DNA of 62,174 nucleotides, filler included, from Rhabdomonas costata (Eukaryota): NCBI GenBank assembly GCA_019059605.1. It is 18 parts of 18 records of this genome, joined end to end, with 100 filler letters (N's around TTAATTAATTAA, not from the genome) between each part and the next. Parts side by side here need not be neighbours in the genome. Positions count along the whole stretch, not along the records: positions 24,246 to 27,605 come from JAHMHO010000953.1; positions 27,706 to 31,077 come from JAHMHO010000954.1; positions 31,178 to 34,538 come from JAHMHO010000955.1; positions 34,639 to 37,996 come from JAHMHO010000956.1; positions 38,097 to 41,451 come from JAHMHO010000957.1; 13 more parts are not named here. One strand, 5' to 3'. Shown piece by piece: positions 26,587 to 39,312 of this stretch (position 1 is its first letter; each line of letters starts with the position of its first letter). The notes under the pieces were generated by a model. It saw only the letters and a program-made list of their open reading frames with translations, ran no database searches and was not told where the DNA came from. The position numbers and the translations under genes were made by a program.

Positions 26587-28950
26587 CGCCGGTAGGTGCC
26601 GCTCTCTGTGCAACCAATTCTTGTCCTTCCTACAAACGTCACCCCGGCACTCTCACGCAGAAAAAACACAACGAGAAACCCCTGCGCGTGGATGGATGGG
26701 TAAAAGAGAGCCCCTTCAGTGACCCTGGAAGCGGGGAAGCGAGAAATCGGGGATTTCCTAGGGCAGCGGTTTCGAAAGACATGGGCTATCTCCTTGTTGC
26801 AAAAATTATCCTTGGTCATCGTCACATTGTCCAGTGTTCAAAGTCCAGCGTACACAACAGCCGCACAGACACAAAGAGGAGAGAAGTACGGGAGAGTACG
26901 GGAGAACAGTACAGTTTGAGGGGGGGGGCACGAGTTGTTTTAAAATTGATTGATCACGGCCATCTGGGCCCGCGGAAAAGATTTCGCGGGCATTAGTTGT
27001 TGGAGAGGGAATCGGTACTTAGAAAGGACTCAGGCCCGGCCAAAGGGATGCTTCGCTCGCCAAACCACCCACCGCCACCAAATAAGGTCTGAGGAGTTGG
27101 AAACGGGGGCGTTCACCCCAGTTACTCAGCAAGTGGAGCGTAGGTCGCGCCTGGCCACTAGAGTGTAGATTTTTCTAACAGCGCTGACAGATGAAATTGA
27201 CGAGCACTAACGGACGAAGAAGTGCGTAAGCAGATGATATTTATCCGAGTGGCGATAAGATGAGATAAGATAAGAACATAGTGTGCAAAAAAACACATTT
27301 TGGTCCAACATTCCAACATTCCAACAGGCCAGGAGTCTGCCGATTCGAATTCTGGGGGAGGGACCAGCCTAGTCCGAACGCCCCACTTTTGCCTTCACCA
27401 GCGGAACCGACAGAAGCGTGTTAAGTCCAAAGGAAACACAACTACTCAAACACGATTGCTCAGCGTAAAGAACGTGATATCACAACCAAGTGAGAGAGGC
27501 AAAAGAGAGACACAGCAAAAACGCCCTGGGCAACGGAAGGAGACGCGAAACGTCGCAAAAGACGCGAAACTTGCGTGAACACAGCCATCACCAGAAAAAA
27601 ACACCNNNNNNNNNNNNNNNNNNNNNNNNNNNNNNNNNNNNNNNNNNNNTTAATTAATTAANNNNNNNNNNNNNNNNNNNNNNNNNNNNNNNNNNNNNNN
27701 NNNNNGTGGTTGTTGCTTGTGAGCATCGCCAGGCGTGCGGTGGACACTGATGAGCAATACATCACATGGTACACGGTGTTTGAGTCAAGGCCCCTGTTGT
27801 TGTTGGGAGAAGGGGTTGTGACAGAGACGCAGAGCCCACCACCGAACTCACCACTGCGTAGAAATGTGAATAGAGAAATCGTAAAATCACCACTGAGTTG
27901 AAGATGTGTAGATTTCTGAGGCCGCAAAGTGAGACTGAAACCATCCACAGAGTAAGTTACGCATGGACGCGCCAAGACGGAAGGAGCGTAACCGTGACAG
28001 AGCTGGAGCTACTAAAGAGACACTTATAGAGAATATATGAGCTGAGTGAGAGGAATTGCCTTATGGCTGCGGAACGAACCAAGCAAAATGGTGGCGATGG
28101 AGGGACCTACATGTTGATGGGTCGCACCTTCAGATGCTCCATCCCATTTGTACATTTGTCCACTTTGTCTTTGCTGGTCGTGATGTTCACTACATTAACA
28201 TCACTCCATAGATGAATGGTTCGTCGTTGCACCGCTTCACTGTTACACTCATCACTCGACAATCACTATTCTTATGATGGTCCATTTGGGTGAGATGGCG
28301 CAAAGGCGCTTGGAGCGAAAAAAAATACAAAGCAAACAACTGGAACGCACTGGAATGACACCAGCATTTATCCGATTATGAAGGTTCAAGATGTCTTCCC
28401 AGATTGTAGGTGTCAGGGGGTTGGGGACGGCCATGCACCTGTCCCCTGGAAGAGGTCACTGGCCTTGCAATGGGTCAGAAAGGAATGCACGAAAGGTGGG
28501 ACACGTTCGGGACGGGTAGCATGGATAAGAGCAAAAAAGCCGATGAACAAAAAACAGCCAAGATATGAGATAGCACCATCTTTTACAAGTCAGTGACATG
28601 TCACAAAATGCACAATTTGGATGGAGTGAAACACAGAAACAATTACGAGTACGTAAGTTGGCTGGCTTGTGACAGAAATGTCTTTAATTATTTCATCCTA
28701 AACACCAAGTAAATAAAAATCTAGCTTGCAATCTAACTTTCCAAATCAGGTTCTCGTTCCTTCTGCTTCAGTTGAATGTGATCATAAGACTGCTTGAAAA
28801 AGTGCACAGGTATCTTGTACAATGTTTTGAATCATGTTCATCAGTGAGCCATTATTGTGATTGCTTGTCTCACTAAGTTTTTAAATTAAAATGTCTGGTG
28901 ACTGCGTTCGATTTGTTAACAGAAGACTGGGCTGCACGTTGCAACGCTGG

Positions 28951-29592
28951 NNNNNNNNNNNNNNNNNNNNNNNNNNNNNNNNNNNNNNNNNNNNNNNNNN
29001 NNNNNNNNNNNNNNNNNNNNNNNNNNNNNNNNNNNNNNNNNNNNNNNNNNNNNNNNNNNNNNNNNNNNNNNNNNNNNNNNNNNNNNNNNNNNNNNNNNNN
29101 NNNNNNNNNNNNNNNNNNNNNNNNNNNNNNNNNNNNNNNNNNNNNNNNNNNNNNNNNNNNNNNNNNNNNNNNNNNNNNNNNNNNNNNNNNNNNNNNNNNN
29201 NNNNNNNNNNNNNNNNNNNNNNNNNNNNNNNNNNNNNNNNNNNNNNNNNNNNNNNNNNNNNNNNNNNNNNNNNNNNNNNNNNNNNNNNNNNNNNNNNNNN
29301 NNNNNNNNNNNNNNNNNNNNNNNNNNNNNNNNNNNNNNNNNNNNNNNNNNNNNNNNNNNNNNNNNNNNNNNNNNNNNNNNNNNNNNNNNNNNNNNNNNNN
29401 NNNNNNNNNNNNNNNNNNNNNNNNNNNNNNNNNNNNNNNNNNNNNNNNNNNNNNNNNNNNNNNNNNNNNNNNNNNNNNNNNNNNNNNNNNNNNNNNNNNN
29501 NNNNNNNNNNNNNNNNNNNNNNNNNNNNNNNNNNNNNNNNNNNNNNNNNNNNNNNNNNNNNNNNNNNNNNNNNNNNNNNNNNNNNNNNNNNN
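28951..29592. other. Scaffold gap (642 N) inside an AT-richer contig
   Basis: Run of N without the TTAATTAATTAA linker. Confidence 0.95.
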
Positions 29593-32500
29593 CGTTTTCA
29601 ATTTCTTCACCACCTAGATCATGCTTTGAAATCATAGACAAAAGAGGTGACCCTCACATTTCAATATGCCGCTGCTCAACACATCGCACTGTCATTCATC
29701 GACGCCTGCATACTCTGAGGCATTGTAAAAATCCTCTGAAATCTCTGCATCATTGTCTCTTTACATGTAAAAACTCTGGAAGGCACTCCGGATGCATCAT
29801 TAGTCCCATTAAAACTATAAAAACATACCACACAAATTTCTGCAGTCGAGTATTGTGCACTTATCCCCATTCAATTTGGCATTTTTACACGTGACATGGT
29901 TCTCTGTATCAGTTGTGATATTCCTCAATTGTTGATTTATTTGCCATTTGTATATCGCCTTGCCATACTCTGCTCTGATCTCTCACAGCTGTGGATAAGT
30001 AGACTGATCTAGCACTTGTCCAAGAGTTGTCTCAAGAGAGGCTGAGATTAGACTCCCTCTCTCCATATTTTATGGAATCTCTGTAAGAACTCTGCGCAAT
30101 TAATCTACCTAAGGTCAAGTTATATATACATGTTGTATCATTCCCAACCCACACATCTGCGCAATTGCAACCAAGCTAAAGAAAAAGAATGATAAAATAC
30201 GATAAGTGGTTTTACACATATGTGTGAGATAAAAATGACATTCCTTTGTTCTTTCATTAATTTTACTCACGAAGTCATTCATTAAATACTTCACTCTATT
30301 TAGTGAACTAAAGCTACAGATTAAAATGATTTCAGAACGTGAGTGCAGAGTTTACGTAAAAGCGACCAGAGAACTGTGTTGTGTGCTTCATCCTGTCAAG
30401 ATCTCCTTCTGTGTATCGGTGTTGGTTAGAATCTAAGAAAGTTTCTCCAGTATGAAAACAAAAAGCTTCAACAAAGAGAACTATGCGCCAAAGATAAATA
30501 ACTTTATGATGCACTTCACACATCATGCTTTATATCAAGTTGTGGCGTGGTTTGTTACTTCGTGAAAAGCAGAGTAGTTAAAAATGATACATAATATTCG
30601 TTAACAGCAGTAGTCTCCTGATGGGAAATTGTCAGAATTGTCTAATTGAGTCGACGCAGATATGCCGCATGTGCATGACTCCAGATATATGTGCGTTGAT
30701 TGCAAATACATGGAGACTGCCAAGATAGCATTAATTATATGGAGCTATATGGCTGAATAGAAGACATAACCACGTTTTTAGACATAGAACCATGTTTACA
30801 GGAGCACGCAGTAGATGCGCACGTGCTATTTATTTTAGACCTTGCTACATGAAACGAAGCTGACAGAGTCTCTGCTAACTGAAGTTTTTCATTTGCATTT
30901 CCATGGTACAAACTACAGCACATTCCTGACACCAGTTGTTTTTAAACAGCGCACACACAAAATTTGATGAAAGCCACAGTTTTATAGTTGCATAAAGTTC
31001 TAGCAGACTTCAAACAAGCACAAGATTAGCTATATTACGGATGTTGAATCAGTCCAAATTGATGTTAAAAACCCACANNNNNNNNNNNNNNNNNNNNNNN
31101 NNNNNNNNNNNNNNNNNNNNNTTAATTAATTAANNNNNNNNNNNNNNNNNNNNNNNNNNNNNNNNNNNNNNNNNNNNTGTGTTGGTGTTGCCTGCCATGA
31201 ACCGAGCGGGTTTGCCCAATTGACTGACGATGTTTTAGTTGTTTTGGTGCATGAGGTTCGAGGTAAGATCCTCTTTTCGCTTATGGCTGAAGCATGGAGA
31301 AACGCTCTTTTCGGGTGGTTTGGTTTTTGGGGTGTTCCTTTCACCTGAAGATATCGTTTGTGCGTGTGGGCCTCATGACAGTGTGCAGGGTAAGGTTGGA
31401 ATTGCAGATAAAGCTTCCTGGTTCAGCGCATCCACGCTGTTCACCGACAGCAAAACGCCGAGTGGCAATTTTTGGCAGCCACAACGACTGAAGTATTGAA
31501 GAACACCAAGTGCACATCAGACGCAGATGCATTGGAATCTATCGGAAGCATCGCTGTGCAAGGAGAGCTTTTGATGCCCTTACTGCAGAGCACCATCGCC
31601 AATCGCATTGCCCAAGCACCTGACTGACCTGGACGGTGCTCGGCGTATATCCCCATGGGTGCGTGTTTCGCGGTTTGCAACCGTAGCTTGTGGGACGGGT
31701 TCAGCCGAAGCACGCTCTTCTCGGGACAGGTCACCGTTAAACAGGTCGGAACTAAAAACACCCAGCCATAGCGGCCAAAAACACCCTACATAAGCGCAAT
31801 GTACCATTATTTCCGGGCATGCAAACCTCCATTGAAAGAAAATGCATCCATGACATTAGTAAAAAGAAAGTGCGGCCGAGGTGCAATCCAATCTCCTTTC
31901 AAGACGAACAGATCCATTGCACTGAATGCATGTCAATTCAGGTGCACGAAGATGGCATTTCGAATCGAAATTAATACTGATGGGGGTGGGCGGGGTTGCA
32001 GTTCATTGGCAAAGTGAGTTTTGAGACAATGTGTCAACACATGTTGGGCGAGTAGGCATTGGCTAACACGTGTCCTCCCCAACCGCGCAAGCGGAAGCAC
32101 CATTATTTCTGGGCATGTCAACATCATTGAACACAAACACATCCATTGATCTAAACCCATTAAAACTGAGGAAACGCAGGTGAAGGAATCCCAAAACTTC
32201 TCTAGAATTCCAAACGGAGACGGGAAACGCACCTCATCAGGCCAAATGATGCGGCAACATGTGTTTCTGTCAAGCCGTCTACTCCTCGGCAGCTCGGCTA
32301 CTTTTGTCAGGTTCGATCAGCCAATTGTCCTCGCTTGGACTGAAGCCTTCTTGAACGATTGCACAGGGGCACCGCCGCATTTGACTGCAGCACCCCGACC
32401 CAGCACTAGCGCATATATTGATTCCCTAGTTCCACGCATACATGGAACACAGCACTCCTCAGGGGTGCACACTAAGGCGCGGCAGTACGCCACAGTGGGG

Positions 32501-32853
32501 TTGGGGCGCAGCAACATGTTCTTCGGGCAGGAGATCAATGTGGCACAGGAGGAAGCTAAAGCCCCCACCACAAGACACACGGCCAACGATGAAAAAGAGG
32601 GAAGATCAGCAAGACCCGCACACAAGGAAGCTAAAAGGCCAGCCACAAGACGCAAAAAGCAACCATAAAGAAAGATCAGCAAAGACCAACAAACCTTCCG
32701 GCATTGGCTCCTTGTCAACCAAAGACCAGCAAGACTACAAAGCTAACTTTTCAACGTTCCACCATTCTCCGCAGCACGCTCAGAGGCTGAGCCACATAAG
32801 TAGACACACACGCACACACTCTCTCTCTGTACCTCTCATGGGCTGCGCCGCAG

Positions 32854-32943
32854 TTTGCGACGGAGGCGGCGATCACGCTGATCCGCATCGACGACTGCCT
32901 GACCATCAACGAGAAGCCCCGCGATGAGCCCCGTGACTACTGA
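32854..32943 (+). CDS. CCT1: T-complex protein 1 subunit alpha (terminal exon)
   Basis: After a pyrimidine tract and CAG: FATEAAITLIRIDDCLTINEKPRDEPRDY*, matching the CCT-alpha C-terminal FATEAAITILRIDD. Confidence 0.82.
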   Translation, partial: FATEAAITLIRIDDCLTINEKPRDEPRDY

Positions 32944-33378
32944 GCGCCCTGACCCCCAGCAATCACCCCACCCCTGTGATCTCTTGCCCTCGATGCTTCG
33001 GACATTGTTGGGTTGTATACTCGGACCTGTGGTGATGTGGTTGTGGACTAGTGTTTTCGATTGGCTATGGCTGTGCTTTTTATGCTTCTACCTCGTGCCT
33101 CCGCGTGAACGCTTGACTATTTTTATACCCTTGATTCACAAATGAAAAAACACTTGACAAAAAAATTCGTCCAGGGGGTGGAAGGTTTTTCCTAGCCCCG
33201 CTCTCCTGCTATTTCTAGCTCTCCCTTGGATAGGGCTGTTTTACGTTTTATCAGGATGATTGCGGATGTTTTTTTTGGGTGGGGGTGGTGGTGGGGGGTA
33301 GAGTACCAAAATAAGCAGTCCTGAGCATCCTGAGGTTTGTTACTGAAGGTTCAAGGTATGCCTGCAACTCCTGGTATA

Positions 33379-33943
33379 TGGCCCGCTTCACATTAAAAGC
33401 GAGAGTTTTAGAAATCCAACGAAAAAAATGGGCAGTGGGCAGGGTAAAAAGGCGGTCATCTCATCTTCGTTTTTTGTTTTCATTTTTCAACCTGTTATTC
33501 GCTGCTTAGTCCGAAGTGCTCTCATCTAATGGACAGTTCTCACTTTTGAAGTGAAGCGGACAAACGTCCCAAAAGCGACGCAGAGATTCTCCTCGCAGGT
33601 CACATATTTCACATCCGAATGAGTCGACGTGCAGCCAAATGGCTCCGCTAATCACATAGGCCCATTTCCAGCCCGAAACGGCTGTTTTCAAAGCATTTTT
33701 TTTTTTGAGATTCTGACCTGAAAAAGGTACCTTGGCCTGCTCTACATTTACAGTGAGAGTTTTAGAAATCCAACGGTAAAAACATGGGAAGCGTCAATGC
33801 AACGAAGTGGGCAGCCTAAAAAGGGGGTCATCTCAGTTCGTTTTTTTTTCACATTTCAGTTGGTCTTCACCTCTTTTTTTGCCATTAAGTCCGAAGTGCT
33901 CTCATCTAATGGACAGTTCACACTCTTGAAGTGAAGCGGGCAA
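33379..33943. mobile_element. Two neighbouring ~190-210 bp MITE copies (33379-~33563 and ~33732-33943)
   Basis: Direct-repeat copies share gagagttttagaaatccaacg and agtccgaagtgctctcatctaatggacagttc. Each has imperfect TIRs (gcccgcttcacattaaaagcgaga vs tctcacttttgaagtgaagcgg). The outer ends are both flanked by TATA. No coding capacity. Confidence 0.7.
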
Positions 33944-35518
33944 TATATTCAGTGTGCTAGTGATTGGGGTTTAGATTCCTCTTGGGGTCTTGCACCTGAC
34001 CCACGCACATTCCTTCCTTTGCATTTTGCAGCTGCACTTCTTTGCTGTTTTGGTGGGCGCATCGACAGCCCGACAGGACCTCACAGTAGGCCCCAACATT
34101 TGAGGTGGGTCCCAGCTTTCTCCTCGAACTTCGCGAACCTTTCGAGGCGTCGATTGCCTTCCACGAGTGCGCACTTTCTCCGCCGTGTTGTGCTGTGGCC
34201 AGATTAAAATTAGGATTTTTTTTAGGTCTGGGATCAAATGGATCAAAGTCGAAATGGTTACCGTTACTCAGGGATTCTTTTTTACAATGGTGAGATGAAA
34301 CTGCTAATTTGTCAGACCAAATTTTACAAAAAAAAAAGAGGCCGGATCTGACAACCTCAAAAAAAATAGTAAAAGAAAAATAGCTTTAAAAATGAGGCGA
34401 CTGACTATGCTCGACTTGTTTCTCTTCTTTCTCTCATTCTCTTTCTCCTTCTCTCACTTTAGCAAGGTGTGCCATCCCCACTTGGCGAAAACCCCACTGT
34501 CGAGTTTTAGTGCCCGACATTCTCTCGTTTTACCCAACNNNNNNNNNNNNNNNNNNNNNNNNNNNNNNNNNNNNNNNNNNNNTTAATTAATTAANNNNNN
34601 NNNNNNNNNNNNNNNNNNNNNNNNNNNNNNNNNNNNNNTGTTTTTGGGCCGTCAATGGGCCTCGGATTTTGCTGTCTCTGATCATGCCTGCAGTACCATC
34701 TCTGTATCTGTCTGTTGGAATCAGTGATCTTCTTTGCAATGGTTTCCAGAAGGACTGCTGTGGGCGCCGTTCTAAGATGGAAGGGCCTGTCGGCCGGAGG
34801 TCCTCCCCCGCGGGGGCGGGCCGCTGCTGCGTTCTCCACTCCCTCGCCACCGCACCAAGCGCCTTGCGTGGAAACTCTGATGTGCTCCTGCGGGAACTCC
34901 ACGGGCTTTGTGGCCGAGTTCAGTGGCTCCCGGCGGTCCTGTCTCCCCATCATCGGGGCCGTACTTTTGGCGGTGATTCTCATCTGTACCGGCACTCCCG
35001 AGCCGATGGATGCGCACAGTACCGCAAAGCCAGTTCAGGAAGCATCTTCATCAGACTCTTCCTGACCTGTTACAGCCGTCATTTTAGGAGACGTGCCTGG
35101 ACAAGGAATTGCCCGTTTCTTCGTTTTGCTGTACGTCTGACGATGCTGTCATATGCTTGCGTTCTCTTGCCGACTTGCGAGTGTGCACAAGTGACAGAAT
35201 GCGCCTTGGGTGTCGAAATTAGTAGCAGGGGTCAATTATGAGCCGATCGTTCACATTTAACCAAGTTCGATGGCGCATGGGATGCAATCTCAAAGCACTA
35301 AATTGTTCGAGGCGACGATTTTCATGATTTTCAGGTCGCCTGCACGGGATGCGGTTCGAATGTCGATTGTTTGGTGCTTTCTTCCAGCTCATTGGCGACC
35401 GCGTTTTTTGTGTCATTTTATCTGACTACCGGAACAGCTTTCTTTTGCACAAGTCAGCACCATGTTGCGTTTTCTGCCTGCCAACAGTGAACCCCAGCAC
35501 ATGCCGTCTCGCTCACAG

Positions 35519-37643
35519 GTCAACCCGTACGACTTCGAGTACGTCGCGATCAAGGCTCCGATGTTTTCATTCACCCGTCTGCTGGGTGCGGACCCCGTGC
35601 TGGGCGTGGAGATGGCCAGCACTGGGGAGGTGGCCTGCTTCGGGGCGGACATGTACGAGGCCTACCTGAAGTCCCTCCTGGCGACCACCTTCAAGGCATA
35701 CCTCTCCCCCACCCCACCTCTTCCTGAACCTTTAATCGTTTAATCCTCTTTTGCCTGCGTGGGAAGTTGTAGTGCAAGCCCATCCGAGAACGCGCACAAC
35801 GCCAATTGGGAAGGTAAAGCTGGCCTTACACAACGCCATCGTTGAGATGCCACAATGGAACAAGCAGGCATCTCCTTTGGTTTATAAAAAGCTAACAATC
35901 CATATAAAACCTAACAAACAATGCTGTAACCTAACAAACAATATAAATTAGAAAGCTATTACGAAGGTCGATGGAACTTTGGTGGAACAGTGAAAAGTTG
36001 CTTATGTTGAAGCAGATTTTGACCTTCCAGTGAATGAATTCTGCTTTGCAATTACAGCTGCCGCGGCGCTCGATCTTCTTGAGCACGGGCCCGCTGGCCA
36101 GCAAGCTGGAGCTCTTCGACTCCGTACAAGTCCTTTCCAGCATGGGGTACCACCTCAGCGCCAGCCAAGGCGTGTACTAGTGCTTCGCAATCAATTATAC
36201 ATAGTGAAGTTTCCGCTTTGAGCACTGAGCTGCTCGCTCGAGGTGCTTCTACCGCGATTGCGGCTGATCCTGGAGCCTCGTAGTCTGCATTGTTCTGACT
36301 GGCGAGTCGGAGGGGAGACGTGGTGACATGGTACCCTGCTTCTTGTTTCCACTGCTTCCCTCGGCAGGCTGCAGTTCCGAGGTCGACTTGTGTGCGTAAA
36401 TATCTGCTAATGTGAAGGAGGTGAGGCATTTCCCGTTCTTCTTTCACGACGAAATCAGTGCGCATGGGAGACGCCTTTTTCGCTTTTCTGGGGGTGGGGT
36501 GTTGTTTTGGGTCCTTGGCCCTGGTTCCTGGTTCTGGGAACTCTGACGAAGCTTACCAGGCCGTGGGCCCCGGGTAGTGCAAGTCATTGGGATTCTTCTG
36601 TGTGTTAGTGACCATAGATCGGATGATGGTCGTCTGTTCAAAGTCAAGAGTCAAGAGGAGCGAAGGACATCCCCCCGTCATTGAAATTACCGGGTCACCG
36701 TTCTGTAGTGTGGGCACTAAAGGTCATGGATTCGACCCCGTCCACCCAAGCTAGTCCCTGATGTTGGTTGATGGTATTTTGTGTCCGGTTTCCGTTTTTC
36801 CGTCCCAGGCACATGCCAACCAAAGTGGGGGTACCACGTGAACGATGTCGATCACCTTTCTAATCTCAAAAAGATGCGTGGTATGGTTTTGGTAAGGTGT
36901 AATTTCTACAGCTCGCATGTAGTCTTCTTCGAAAATCAGGGACGGCACAGTTCCTGGCCGAGCGGGGGATCGCCGTGGAGGTGCTGCACAAGCCCAGCGA
37001 GAAGTTCAAGCCGTGCGTGATTGACTACCTCAAGGAGCGCAAGATCGATCTGGTCATCAACACCCCCTTGTCCACGGTCTGTGTGGAGAGTTTTTTTGTT
37101 GAGCTGCGTCTGACCCTGCGCCTGCGCAGATTTCCGTGCTCACTGGGGATGGCGTGGGTCGATAGTGATTCGCAACATCTGCCAGCCGCTGGCTGTCACT
37201 GCTTTCAGCCAAAGCGCAGCCAATACACTGCGCGGTGTTTCGCGGAAACCCGCAGACGTCCGCAGCCTTCACCTATACAACTGCAGCCCGGTTTGCAGTC
37301 GTTTACGGTGGGGGGTAGTGGAGGGTTGTTTTCACCAACCCTTTGTTTTTTTCCTGGAAATTGCAGCAGCTTAGTTTTGCGTTCAGATGCGGCCACATTC
37401 CTTCTTGATCGACTACTTCTGCAATGGGACCGCCAAGGGAGAAGAGAGGTGGTTGGTGTAGTGGTCAGTCATCCAGACAGCGCGCATCTAAAATCCAAAA
37501 ACATTGGTAACATCCAGCAGCCATCGCCTTCCCATAGAGTTAATGCCCTGCTTACCCCGTGCGCACCAACAATTGTGCCTGTCTGCAGGAGAAGATGGAC
37601 ATGACTGATGGCTACCTCATCCGTCGTACTGCGGTTGACTTTG
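35519..37643 (+). CDS. Carbamoyl-phosphate synthetase large subunit, end of synthetase domain plus MGS-like domain (4 exons)
   Basis: Exons 35519-35695 (GC donor), 36058-36169 (GC donor), 36940-37076, 37589-37643: [35 protein letters not shown]...[13 protein letters not shown]...[15 protein letters not shown]...KIDLVINTP|...[13 protein letters not shown]. Confidence 0.96.
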
Positions 37644-38357
37644 GTATGACCCCGCACTCTGTGTCGCCCCGCAGGCTTCTATCTGTCTATTTCACATCTT
37701 GAACACCCCTTTTTTTCTGTTTTTTTTTTCGTCTTTGGGTCCTTCTCTTTTCCGATCAATCTGTCTCAATCACGTTTTATGTCGCAAAGCTGCAGGCTGT
37801 GTCTCCCCGTTTCTCACATCGTCCCTCCTCCCTCAGCCACCACCCATCAACTGCGGCGTCTGTTTTACTTTTATTGGGAGCCTGCTCGCCTGTGCCCGTG
37901 TGCAGCACAGGCCACCAAAATACAAGTACAGACAGCACTGGAACGCTGGCCGCTGCTGGGAGCAGGCAAGGAACGTGGTGCCCTCCCCCCCCCACCNNNN
38001 NNNNNNNNNNNNNNNNNNNNNNNNNNNNNNNNNNNNNNNNTTAATTAATTAANNNNNNNNNNNNNNNNNNNNNNNNNNNNNNNNNNNNNNNNNNNNTTGC
38101 GGCTCTTCGTGTGATCAGAACATGACGGCCTTAGGATTCCCGGCATATGTGTGGAAGGATAGAAAGTCAGGTCTGTGGCAAAGAGGAGGTTTGAATATGT
38201 TTTATTCCAATCGGGAGAGTGGGGCCATAGAAAGAAAAAGGGCGAGCTGAGATGCGGAAGCCCCCCCCCCGCTCGATGCTTCGTTACGCTTCAACTCTGC
38301 TTGTGCCCGCGCATCCAAATCATTTTAGTATGTGTTCTGTATGTGGGGGTGCGCCAG

Positions 38358-39267
38358 CTCGAGGATGAGAAGCAGGCCGAGGAGCAGCGCCGGCTGGAAG
38401 CTCAAATGGTGCGGGAGCAAGCCGCGGCGGCCTCCCAGGAGGCGGAGAAGGAGAAGCGAAGGCCCGCATTTCCTCCCTTCCCTCTCTCGAGCGCCGTCTG
38501 CCCTTCATTACCTCCACGGACACTTCTGTGTGAGTGGTGCGTATTCGCACGCATCACCAGCGAGCATTTTCAAGCAAGAATGTGGCTCTCCAATTGTAGT
38601 CATCGATGGTTCTAACACCAGCGGTTGACGGTTTTGCAGCAAGATGATATGCTGATCACAGCGAAGATGTACTCGACTTGGCGTCTACCACTCTGAAGGC
38701 ACGGATAGATTCATGAAGGTGGGAATAAACGAACCGATGAAAGAATGGTTCATGATGGGTTGTTGTGTTTTAGTGATGGATTGAGGGATTGAGAATTTTT
38801 GCGAAGGAACAGGTGTAGCGTCGCATAGCAACGTGCTCAGGTTGGAGCGGGAACAGCGTGCGGAGGAAGCGCGGCGGCGGGAGGAAGCGGAGAGGGTGGC
38901 CGAGGAGGAGAAGGCCCGCCGCGAGGCGGAGTGGAAGGAGAAGCAGGACAGGCTTCGCGCCGACCACAAGGAGGAGCGCAAGCAGAAGGAGGACGAGGAG
39001 CGTCGCAAGAAGGAGGTTTCCCATCCCCAAAAAATAGACATACTCCACATCCCATTTTTATGACCCCCCCCCCCCCGCATGCACACACACCTGCAGCTCT
39101 GAGGTGGTGTAGTGTAGAACTCCAAAGACGTTATGGTTAACCTGTTGCTGATGCAGCTCTTCTCTCTTTATCTCTTTGGCATTGGTCGGAGCGGAACCTG
39201 CAGGAAAACAGGAGTGTACGAGTTCGGAGAGATGGGTGCCCTCTAAAAGTAAATCCGGGTTCCTAAG

Positions 39268-39312
<45 letters not shown>

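Noticed and set aside
28873..29641. Long ORFs of 239-248 aa in the ORF track
   Set aside because: They consist almost entirely of X from the N gap.
32317..32718. Hydrophobic minus-strand ORF as a membrane protein
   Set aside because: Antisense to the CCT1 exon in probable intron sequence; hydrophobicity follows from A-rich plus-strand bias; no family recognised.
34715..35065. GC-rich ORF upstream of the CPS exon
   Set aside because: No CPS similarity in the frames examined and no convincing splice boundaries.
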